In this document: positions 1-6,997 of the stretch, piece by piece
Layout of the letters: each line of letters starts with the position of its first letter
Position numbering within the stretch: position 1 is the first letter of the stretch
DNA from: a virus
Length of the DNA stretch: 64,000 nucleotides
Reading direction: 5' to 3' (one strand)
Virus record (IMG/VR): IMGVR_UViG_3300003323_000328
Coordinates: 27,913 to 91,912 of that record
Notes under the pieces: model-generated
Told to the model about the DNA's origin: nothing
What the model saw: the letters and a program-made list of their open reading frames with translations, nothing else
Database searches by the model: none
Made by a program: the position numbers and the translations under genes

Positions 1-59
1 AATACCATAAAACGTACAAAAAAGGCTGGCTATACCAGAGCTATTGGATGGGCAATATC

Positions 60-164
60 TTATGCTATTCCTAACACTGAATAAAAAGAGTGAATAGTAA
101 CAGCGAGTATAACAAAAGCACCTAATGCTGTAATGTTATAATAGAAGTTTGTAGAATATTTCAT
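60..164 (-). CDS. small hydrophobic protein (34 aa, not in ORF track)
   Basis: ATG at 164, 5 nt after the stop of 170..415; MKYSTNFYYNITALGAFVILAVTIHSFYSVLGIA*, one TM-like segment. Confidence 0.45.
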   Translation of the reverse strand: MKYSTNFYYNITALGAFVILAVTIHSFYSVLGIA

Positions 165-169
165 GATGT

Positions 170-415
170 TTAGTTGTTTATGTTTTTGTTAAGAGAATCG
201 AGTTTAGTAAGTATATCCCATTCAAATCTTTCATGGGATTTAATAGTAAGACTATCATTGATATGTCTAGTCTGTAGAGCTTTAATTCCTTCTTTTAGGA
301 TAGTTATTTCTTCTTTTTGTGTTTTTGTTTTATAAAGAAGATGTATCTCAGTGATAACTGCTAGTAATAAGCAAGCACAAAGAAATACTGACAGTGCAAA
401 CCAAGTGTTTTTCAT
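170..415 (-). CDS. hypothetical membrane-anchored protein
   Basis: N-terminal hydrophobic helix followed by coiled-coil-like region; tightly packed with neighbours. Confidence 0.7.
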   Translation of the reverse strand: MKNTWFALSVFLCACLLLAVITEIHLLYKTKTQKEEITILKEGIKALQTRHINDSLTIKSHERFEWDILTKLDSLNKNINN

Positions 416-420
416 AGGTA

Positions 421-870
421 TTAAATATTAGGTATCATGTTTGTTACTTCAGTTGTAATCTCAGGATCAATATATCTACTATAATAAGGATGTCTTTTAA
501 TGAGTTTATTATACTCATCAGCAGCACGTATTAAAGATGGTCCTGAATAAAAAGTCCACATTTCTTGTTCTTTAGTAGTAAACTCATGCTTACTGATTGT
601 CTGAAGAACTATCATTGGCATTAAATGATCAACGTAAACTTCATAGTATTTAGTTGTATCAGGATTGTATTTCCAGTTGTTATAATCGATTTCTTCTGGT
701 TTGTTTCTTTCTGTTTTAGTGGACAGAATAAAGACGCATAAGGGACCTAGAAGTAAGTAGTACAGAACTTTGAAGTTTATTACTTTGATGTATTTGAGCT
801 GTATTGCTATATCATAGGAGATGAGTCCTGAGATCAGCCAGTACAGTATGGAGTTTATGAGGATATTCAT
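421..870 (-). CDS. hypothetical membrane protein
   Basis: two N-terminal hydrophobic segments, then a soluble domain; 149 aa. Confidence 0.75.
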   Translation of the reverse strand: MNILINSILYWLISGLISYDIAIQLKYIKVINFKVLYYLLLGPLCVFILSTKTERNKPEEIDYNNWKYNPDTTKYYEVYVDHLMPMIVLQTISKHEFTTKEQEMWTFYSGPSLIRAADEYNKLIKRHPYYSRYIDPEITTEVTNMIPNI

Positions 871-1084
871 GGTAGTTTTGGTTAAGTAGAATAATATATA
901 TTAGGAAAAGGAAGAGTTTTATGAAGGTTTTAATAGTGTAAGTGAGTGAGATAGAGGAACTGTTCTTTCTACTTCTAGTAATAAACGAAAAGTTCTTTCT
1001 ACCTATCACCAAACAACTACAGTTTTATACCAAAAGCTCAATAATACTTATTATTATGAACGAAAATAGTAAAAGAAAAGGAGA

Positions 1085-1363
1085 CTATACAGTCTCCAAT
1101 TCATATACATTTGTAAGTTCAGTACCGTTTTTATCTGCAGGTATTTGTTTACCCCATTTAAAACCATCAACTGTTTTACCTAATGGTAATTCAGCTTTAG
1201 CTTCTTCAAGAGTAATTCCTTTAACCAAGTAAAGAGAACCATTTTTGGTTGCACGTACTTGAAAAAGAGGATTTTTACTTACAGCGTTTTTTACAATAAC
1301 ACAAACTTGACCTGTGCTTACAACTCTGTGTCCTGCTACTAAGATTTTTTCAGAAGTTTCCAT
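1085..1363 (-). CDS. hypothetical protein (small, beta-rich)
   Basis: 92 aa with natural codon usage; A/T-rich leader before ATG. Confidence 0.8.
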   Translation of the reverse strand: METSEKILVAGHRVVSTGQVCVIVKNAVSKNPLFQVRATKNGSLYLVKGITLEEAKAELPLGKTVDGFKWGKQIPADKNGTELTNVYELETV

Positions 1364-1395
1364 AATAATAGATGTTTAATTGTTAATGTTCTTTT

Positions 1396-1478
1396 GTCAT
1401 GACGGGTATGTTCCGTCCAAAATTTAGGAGGGGTTGTAGGTAGTAGGACCTCCATACCGATAACCACACCCAAATTTT
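1396..1478. repeat. inverted-repeat cluster at the strand divergence point
   Basis: GTCATGAC palindrome 1396-1403; GACGG/CCGTC hairpin 1401-1417; imperfect ~24-bp-arm inverted repeat 1419-1478. Confidence 0.6.
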
Positions 1479-1507
1479 TGGATATTTAAGTTTAATTTGT
1501 ATATTTA
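1477..1507 (+). promoter_or_regulatory. putative Bacteroidota sigma-A-type promoter of the GIY-YIG gene
   Basis: TTTG (1477-1480), 19-nt spacer, TATATTTA (1500-1507; one mismatch to TAnnTTTG). Confidence 0.4.
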
Positions 1508-1524
1508 TAAAAATTTTTAAATTT

Positions 1525-2169
1525 ATGATTTTATCTGGTGTATACTGTATTGAATGTATTGAAACTACTAAACGTTATATTGGAAGCACTAAAAACTTTT
1601 ATGAAAGATGGCGTGATCATAAAAGAAGACTTAGAAAAGGAATCCATCATTGTACTGAACTTCAGCAAGACTTTATAAAATATGGCGAAATTAAATTTAC
1701 ATTTATTGTTTTGCATAGAGAAGAAAATGATTTAAACTATAGAGAATTAGAACAAAAAGAAATTGATAAAACTATTAATAAGTATAATAAGAAGGATATA
1801 GAAAATAAATATATTAAAACTCATACTGCAGAAACAAAACAACTTTTATCAGAAATTGCTAAAAGCTATATAGAAGAAAATGGAAGTTTTAAACATACTG
1901 AACAAAGTAAAAGTAGATTGTCTAAAACGCTTAAACAAAGGTATTCTGAAGGACTTCACGATGTTCCATTTAAACTTGCTCCTATAGTTGCAGTTACTAG
2001 AACTTTTTGTACTAAATATTCTTCTATTAAAGAAGCTGCTGAAGATCTTAAAATCTCTAGATCTAAAATAACTGATGTTCTTAGATACCATAAAGCTATT
2101 AAAGATGGAACTACTATTACTAATGGACGTAGAAGTTATAGGGGGTATCAGTTTTATTACTTTGAGTAG
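1525..2169 (+). CDS. free-standing GIY-YIG homing endonuclease with NUMOD3/NUMOD1-like DNA-binding motifs
   Basis: GVYCI...RYIGST, catalytic R/E (RWRDH, ELEQ); HTAETKQLLS and HTEQSKSRLS repeats; C-terminal YSSIKEAAEDL HTH. Confidence 0.9.
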   Translation: MILSGVYCIECIETTKRYIGSTKNFYERWRDHKRRLRKGIHHCTELQQDFIKYGEIKFTFIVLHREENDLNYRELEQKEIDKTINKYNKKDIENKYIKTHTAETKQLLSEIAKSYIEENGSFKHTEQSKSRLSKTLKQRYSEGLHDVPFKLAPIVAVTRTFCTKYSSIKEAAEDLKISRSKITDVLRYHKAIKDGTTITNGRRSYRGYQFYYFE

Positions 2170-2171
2170 GG

Positions 2172-2182
2172 GTGCAAAGTTA
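2172..2182 (-). promoter_or_regulatory. leftward -7 promoter box (TAACTTTGCA)
   Basis: plus-strand TGCAAAGTTA equals minus-strand TAACTTTGCA; no canonical TTTG at normal spacing. Confidence 0.45.
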
Positions 2183-2249
2183 CAATATTTTACTTCCCTA
2201 GAAGCCTTTTCCAAACCTCAAAAATATTTTTAACTTTCTGCTTGACAAA

Positions 2250-2281
2250 TTTGGAAATGTCATTTTTTTCATATATATTTG
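2250..2281 (+). promoter_or_regulatory. consensus Bacteroidota sigma-A promoter
   Basis: TTTG (2250-2253), 20-nt spacer, TATATTTG (2274-2281). Confidence 0.7.
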
Positions 2282-2448
2282 TGAAGGTCTCCGGAACAAA
2301 TATATCCATCCAGCGGCTGTTAGCTGTCCGCAGGACGATAAGGCAAAAGGGGCTTCACATCGGGGTCCAAACCCGGCAAACGCTCCTCACGCCTCAACAT
2401 CTCCCTCATCCGTACCGCCCTTTACTACTGAGTTCACCCTGAAGGTCT
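2282..2448. ncRNA. candidate structured ncRNA or cis element (GC-rich non-coding island)
   Basis: ~54% GC by hand count against an AT-rich background; no convincing ORF; flanked by 9-bp direct repeats TGAAGGTCT; promoter boxes face it from both sides. Confidence 0.45.
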
Positions 2449-2486
2449 ATCTAATCAAATCTACAACGTTTGCATAAAACTATCCA

Positions 2487-2512
2487 TTTACTCTATATTA
2501 ATATGGAGTAAA
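2487..2512. promoter_or_regulatory. 26-bp palindrome, putative operator between divergent -7 boxes
   Basis: TTTACTCTATATTAATATGGAGTAAA (one mismatched pair); minus-strand TAGATTTG at 2456-2463 and plus-strand TATCTTTG at 2518-2525. Confidence 0.55.
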
Positions 2513-2569
2513 AATCGTATCTTTGAATAACGCTAATTACAAGAAGCGTTGCTCCTTTTGTGAATAATT

Positions 2570-2600
2570 GAGACTCTCTGGCAGGAGTCTCTTTTTATTT
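2570..2600 (+). terminator. intrinsic terminator
   Basis: GAGACTC-8 nt-GAGTCTC followed by TTTTTATTT. Confidence 0.75.
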
Positions 2601-2672
2601 TGTGTAAATTTATTCTCATAAATTATTGCTAATAAGAATCTGGTCTATTATTTTTACATAAAAATAAAGATC

Positions 2673-3107
2673 ATGATTAAGGTATTTCAAACTTCATTCC
2701 ATGATGAAACCTCTGGTACAAGAGGTGATTGTTTAAGAGCTAGTGTTGCTTCTATTCTTAATCTAGCAATAGAAGAAGTTCCTGAGTTTCATAAATACTT
2801 TGACACCACTGAATGGTTTCAATATGTGATAGACTTTATGCAAACTAAAGGATATGAATATGAAGGACTAGTAACTCCTATCAGTAGTCCTGAACCAAAA
2901 GAACAAGCTATTAGTAGGCTTATTCAAGCTTATTCTAAAGAAGGATATTCTATTGATGGTAATTTCCTAGTATTTGGTACTTCACCTAGAGGAATATATC
3001 ATTGTGTTATATTTGATTCTAATGGTATGGTACATGATCCTCATCCTGATGGAACTGGTGTCACACCAGATAAGATACTTTTATTTTCTAAATTAAATCA
3101 AAACTAA
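2673..3107 (+). CDS. papain-fold, C39-like cysteine peptidase (putative)
   Basis: Q...GDCLRASVASIL, GIYHCVIF and VHDPHP give a Cys-His-Asp arrangement like the C39 family. Confidence 0.6.
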   Translation: MIKVFQTSFHDETSGTRGDCLRASVASILNLAIEEVPEFHKYFDTTEWFQYVIDFMQTKGYEYEGLVTPISSPEPKEQAISRLIQAYSKEGYSIDGNFLVFGTSPRGIYHCVIFDSNGMVHDPHPDGTGVTPDKILLFSKLNQN

Positions 3108-3108
3108 A

Positions 3109-3519
3109 ATGAATAAAGATGAAATAAAGAAACAACTTTTAGATTCTGTACGCATTAAAGGATCTGTAGAACCAGAAGTTATAACAGGAGCTAGATCTAG
3201 TACTGCAGGGACTATTGTTTTTGGTAAACCACATAATAATGAACCTTCTGTTATTGGTTATACTTATGGAGGAGTTAAACGTTGTGATCCTCTTTATCTT
3301 ATTAATCTTTCTACACAGGAGAGATATGTAATGTATTATATACTAACGTCTACTGGATTAGATAATCCTTTTAAACTTGATGAAATAACCATAGCTCTTT
3401 CTCTACAAGCAGTGGGAATATCCGTTTCTACGTATACGATTAGAAAAGGTATCACTGAACTTATTAAAAAAGGTATTATTACTAAAGAGAAAGGAATGTA
3501 CTTATGGATAAAAGAGTAG
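3109..3519 (+). CDS. putative winged-helix DNA-binding protein
   Basis: C-terminal GISVSTYTIRKGITELIKKGIITKEKGMY wHTH pattern. Confidence 0.6.
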   Translation: MNKDEIKKQLLDSVRIKGSVEPEVITGARSSTAGTIVFGKPHNNEPSVIGYTYGGVKRCDPLYLINLSTQERYVMYYILTSTGLDNPFKLDEITIALSLQAVGISVSTYTIRKGITELIKKGIITKEKGMYLWIKE

Positions 3520-3809
3520 ATTTTGATCTTCCTTTTGAAATTCAGGCAGTGTATACTGATGGAGATGGAAGAGAACATGTATATAGACTTAATTTTCTTT
3601 GGGAAGATGTAAATACTGTAGAAGAATTTGGGATACCAAATAAATATACACAGTATCTTCCTGAAAGTAAAACTGTATTGGTCCTTAAACCAATATATAG
3701 ACAAGTTGTAGCTCTTCTACCGTATGAATTTAGTAGAGAAGTATGGTGGGAATATAAGTCATGGCAGAAAACACAAAGAGTTAAAGTAAATCCTCTTTCA
3801 GCACAATGA
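3504..3809 (+). CDS. hypothetical protein
   Basis: overlaps both neighbours in operon fashion. Confidence 0.75.
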   Translation: MDKRVDFDLPFEIQAVYTDGDGREHVYRLNFLWEDVNTVEEFGIPNKYTQYLPESKTVLVLKPIYRQVVALLPYEFSREVWWEYKSWQKTQRVKVNPLSAQ

Positions 3810-4363
3810 GAACTAAAACAGTACCAATAAAACACTTCAGGGGAGAGGTCTCTTTTGAAGCAGTTAAAGTTAAATATAGACAGTTAGCTAAACAACATCA
3901 TCCTGATGCTGGTGGTAGTACACAATTATTTCAAGAAATATTAGAAGAGTTTACTTATATAAAAGAAACTAGTCCTAGTTATCCTCTCGGACTTACTAAT
4001 ACTACTAGTTGGGAAGATCTACTAAATCAAGCTACTGATTTAGCTGCTAGACAAAGAAGACATGCTAACCAAAGACCACTAACTGAGGAAGAAAAATGGA
4101 ATAACCTTAAAAGAGGTGATAGTAAATATGTTATTATAGATGATACTTTAGAAATTGCTTTAAGAGGTACTAAAACAGCTAACTGGCTTTTAATGGAAGT
4201 ATATAAGTTAGAAGAGCTTTCATTAATGCACTTTAAGTATATAAAGTTTATGCTTGTAAGAGAGGCTAAAATAAAAGGTAATCCGGAATTTAATCTCTCT
4301 GATGCTTGGCTGCATAAAGTTTATAGTGATTATTGTAGTATTTGGAGAACTAAATGGACATAA
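3806..4363 (+). CDS. DnaJ (J-domain) protein
   Basis: VKVKYRQLAKQHHPDAGGSTQLFQEI with HPD motif. Confidence 0.85.
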   Translation: MRTKTVPIKHFRGEVSFEAVKVKYRQLAKQHHPDAGGSTQLFQEILEEFTYIKETSPSYPLGLTNTTSWEDLLNQATDLAARQRRHANQRPLTEEEKWNNLKRGDSKYVIIDDTLEIALRGTKTANWLLMEVYKLEELSLMHFKYIKFMLVREAKIKGNPEFNLSDAWLHKVYSDYCSIWRTKWT

Positions 4364-4366
4364 AAT

Positions 4367-4507
4367 ATGATATATTTGTTTAGAAATGGTAGCAGATACA
4401 GTTTAAGTATTCTTAACTTTATAGATACTACAGGAGACTGGCAATACAGTCAACCTATTATAGGAGAAGAAGGTAAATTTTATTATGATTTATGGCAAAC
4501 ATATTAA
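4367..4507 (+). CDS. small hypothetical protein (46 aa, not in ORF track)
   Basis: MIYLFRNGSRYSLSILNFIDTTGDWQYSQPIIGEEGKFYYDLWQTY* fills the gap between two operon genes. Confidence 0.55.
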   Translation: MIYLFRNGSRYSLSILNFIDTTGDWQYSQPIIGEEGKFYYDLWQTY

Positions 4508-4833
4508 CTAAAGGAAAAGGGATTAGAGCACAAATAGATAAACACATGGAAAAATCTGTTGAGTATTCTAATCCTAACTTAAAAACTGGTAAGAAAGTTA
4601 AATTTAAAAACCCTACTATTGAAGATGAAAGAAGAGTAAATAATTATAAGATAGTAGAAGCTAATATAGGTTCTATTAAAGAAAAAGTATCTATTACTGC
4701 TATTAAAATCGATCATAATTTTAAAGGTTTTATTACTTATAGAAGCAAACCATTTAGTTGGAATAACCCTGAAATTACTATTGAATTTAATGGTCAACAA
4801 GAATTTATGGATAAGATTATAACTAAATTATGA
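4492..4833 (+). CDS. hypothetical protein
   Basis: 113 aa, ATGA-coupled to next gene. Confidence 0.75.
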   Translation: MANILTKGKGIRAQIDKHMEKSVEYSNPNLKTGKKVKFKNPTIEDERRVNNYKIVEANIGSIKEKVSITAIKIDHNFKGFITYRSKPFSWNNPEITIEFNGQQEFMDKIITKL

Positions 4834-5060
4834 CCATAGAAGAAATAAAATCTAACTACACCCCTAAACCAGGTTTTACAGTTTATGCTTATCAATCTAC
4901 TCATACTGGAAACTATATAGCTGCTATTTATGAAAAAGTAGAAGTTAATAGATTTAGAAAAGAGTCTATGGAGGCATATAAGAAAATTATATCTGTAAAA
5001 AATATTGATGATTATTTTGAACAAGTTAAACCTTACTTAGATGAACGAACCCTTAATTAA
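4830..5060 (+). CDS. hypothetical protein
   Basis: coupled overlaps on both sides. Confidence 0.7.
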   Translation: MTIEEIKSNYTPKPGFTVYAYQSTHTGNYIAAIYEKVEVNRFRKESMEAYKKIISVKNIDDYFEQVKPYLDERTLN

Positions 5061-5604
5061 AGAAGTAGGCGAGGAGGAACTGAAGTTTCTTGCTGAGAAA
5101 AAATCTGAATACACTAGACAAGGTATGTCAGATAAAGATGCACATGAACTTGCTATGGAAGATTGGAAGAAACTAGAAGCAAATAAGAATCCTGAAATAG
5201 ATGAAGCAGCTTGGGATCAAATTACTAAGAATATTGGACTATTTGATTTTCTAGATGATCAAATCAGACGTGCTCTTGGTAAATATAAATCTGCTTGGGA
5301 AAAAGCTAATCCTGAACAAACCATGGATTTTAAACTTCATCTTAAAACACATGGTGGAGTAGGTACTGCTGGAAATAAACGTCTTATTTCTGGTGTTTCT
5401 CTAATACTGGAAAAAGCACAAAATGGTTCTTGGACTGTATGGAGAGAAAAGAAAATTGAGTTTACTCATATAAGAGAAATGAGAGAAGGGCATAAATGGA
5501 AACTGGCTTTGTATGAAGCTATGTTACATGATCTTATTGCATTTGGTATTAGTTATCTTGTTGAACTTGATAATATAAAAAATAATGCTAATACTTCCAG
5601 ATGA
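5041..5604 (+). CDS. hypothetical protein
   Basis: 187 aa with natural composition. Confidence 0.8.
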   Translation: MNEPLIKEVGEEELKFLAEKKSEYTRQGMSDKDAHELAMEDWKKLEANKNPEIDEAAWDQITKNIGLFDFLDDQIRRALGKYKSAWEKANPEQTMDFKLHLKTHGGVGTAGNKRLISGVSLILEKAQNGSWTVWREKKIEFTHIREMREGHKWKLALYEAMLHDLIAFGISYLVELDNIKNNANTSR

Positions 5605-5800
5605 AAAGCGCTATGTAGTAGCTTGGAATAAGGGAGAAAATAATAGAGAAATTGTTATAGTTTTTGATAAATATAGTCGTTCTGTTGTATATAAAGTTAA
5701 TACTTCAAATCACTCTAATGCCTACCCTTATATTAAAGAGTACTATGGAAAAGAAAACTGTGTACCGCCCCGGCAGGTAGATTTAAGAATCTATGAATAA
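5585..5800 (+). CDS. hypothetical protein
   Basis: overlaps upstream gene, followed by terminator. Confidence 0.65.
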   Translation: MLILPDEKRYVVAWNKGENNREIVIVFDKYSRSVVYKVNTSNHSNAYPYIKEYYGKENCVPPRQVDLRIYE

Positions 5801-5809
5801 TTATCCAGT

Positions 5810-5847
5810 AAAAAAGGAAAGATTAAAAAGTCTTTCCTTTTTTATTT
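5810..5847 (+). terminator. intrinsic terminator, possibly bidirectional
   Basis: AAAAAAGGAAAGA / TCTTTCCTTTTTT 13-bp stem; TATATTTG box follows at 5847-5854. Confidence 0.65.
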
Positions 5848-5860
5848 ATATTTGATCTTT

Positions 5861-6070
5861 ATGTTTAGAATAGTACATCTTCATGATACATATTATGATC
5901 TAATAGCATATAAGGAGATGGCTACTAGAACATACATTATTTCTAAAATACTTTTTTCATTTGATTATGGATTAGTATTTACAGATGATGGAATTGAAGC
6001 TGAAGATAGAATTAAATATAGGTCTGTTTTAGAAGTATATGGCACAAAACAACAAAAAAACATTAGTTGA
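5861..6070 (+). CDS. hypothetical protein
   Basis: ATG at 5861 preferred to TTG at 5852, which lies inside the -7 box. Confidence 0.6.
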   Translation: MFRIVHLHDTYYDLIAYKEMATRTYIISKILFSFDYGLVFTDDGIEAEDRIKYRSVLEVYGTKQQKNIS

Positions 6071-6308
6071 TTATGAAGCTCTTAATAAAGGAAAGAAGTT
6101 TTGTAATGAAGATGTAATTAGAGAAGTAGCAGAAGAATTTAATGTTCATGAATCTATTGTTAGAGGAATAGCTAATGTTCAATCTGAACATACTCTTAGA
6201 GTAATGAAATCAGGAACTATGAAATCTATTATCTATGTTTATTTAGGTAAGTTTAAAGTAAATGCCAGAAGAGTACAAAAGATGATGGCTAATCAGATGA
6301 AGATATGA
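6039..6308 (+). CDS. HU/IHF-like DNA-binding protein
   Basis: VIREVAEEFNV...IVRGI and YLGKFKV pattern; small and basic. Confidence 0.65.
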   Translation: MAQNNKKTLVDYEALNKGKKFCNEDVIREVAEEFNVHESIVRGIANVQSEHTLRVMKSGTMKSIIYVYLGKFKVNARRVQKMMANQMKI

Positions 6309-6997
6309 GTATAACAGATATATTTGAATTAAATCAAGATACATTTTTAGTAGAACTTCGAAAAGAAAATCTATCTACTATTAAAGAGTTTGCTACTCTT
6401 ATTAAAAGAGATAAAGGTGGACCTGGAGATACACAAGCCAGAAAAAAGATGAAAGCCACTAAAGAATTTACTTTTATTTATCATTATTGTAGTTATAAAA
6501 GTGAATTTATTAATTATTCTGAAAGAGATAGACGTAAAAAAGCTCTTATTAATGCTGAACTTGATCCTAATCTAAAGATTGAAGAGGATAATGATCTAAT
6601 GGCTGCTATTGAAGTATTTAAAGTACTTCAAGAAACTGCTTCTCTTAAAATGCTTAATGAGATTAGAGAAGGACTTCATGTATCTTATAAAGTTGTAAAG
6701 AAAATAAGACAGGATTTGGAGAAACAATTAGATGTATTAGATATAGATGAATTACAGGAAGTACAAGAAGGTGGTAAAATTAAATTAGTTGATCCTATTG
6801 CTAGGATTAAAGATAGATTAGATATGATTATATCCACTGCTAAAGAACTTCCTAAAACACTTAAAAGTATTGATGAATTAGAAGAAACAGTTAAGAAAGA
6901 ATTATCAAATGCTCCTAACCTACGTGGAGGATCAACTAAAGGAACTATGGAAGATCCTAAACCACTTCAAGTATCTAACCCACTGGATAATCTATAA
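6305..6997 (+). CDS. conserved crAss-like protein, terminase small subunit candidate
   Basis: helical protein TAATG-coupled directly upstream of TerL; function inferred from position only. Confidence 0.5.
   Translation: MSITDIFELNQDTFLVELRKENLSTIKEFATLIKRDKGGPGDTQARKKMKATKEFTFIYHYCSYKSEFINYSERDRRKKALINAELDPNLKIEEDNDLMAAIEVFKVLQETASLKMLNEIREGLHVSYKVVKKIRQDLEKQLDVLDIDELQEVQEGGKIKLVDPIARIKDRLDMIISTAKELPKTLKSIDELEETVKKELSNAPNLRGGSTKGTMEDPKPLQVSNPLDNL

Noticed and set aside
1531-2214. Antisense ORFs over real genes (1531, 1849, 3336, 12837, 17018 and others)
   Set aside because: F/S/I-rich reverse-frame shadows with no motifs or operon coupling
1400-2250. First GIY-YIG gene as part of a second intron
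   Set aside because: No P/Q/R/S core and no interrupted host gene around it
2242-2442. 66-aa ORF across the GC-rich island
   Set aside because: TTG start lies upstream of the predicted promoter and codon usage is unlike the genome; treated as non-coding
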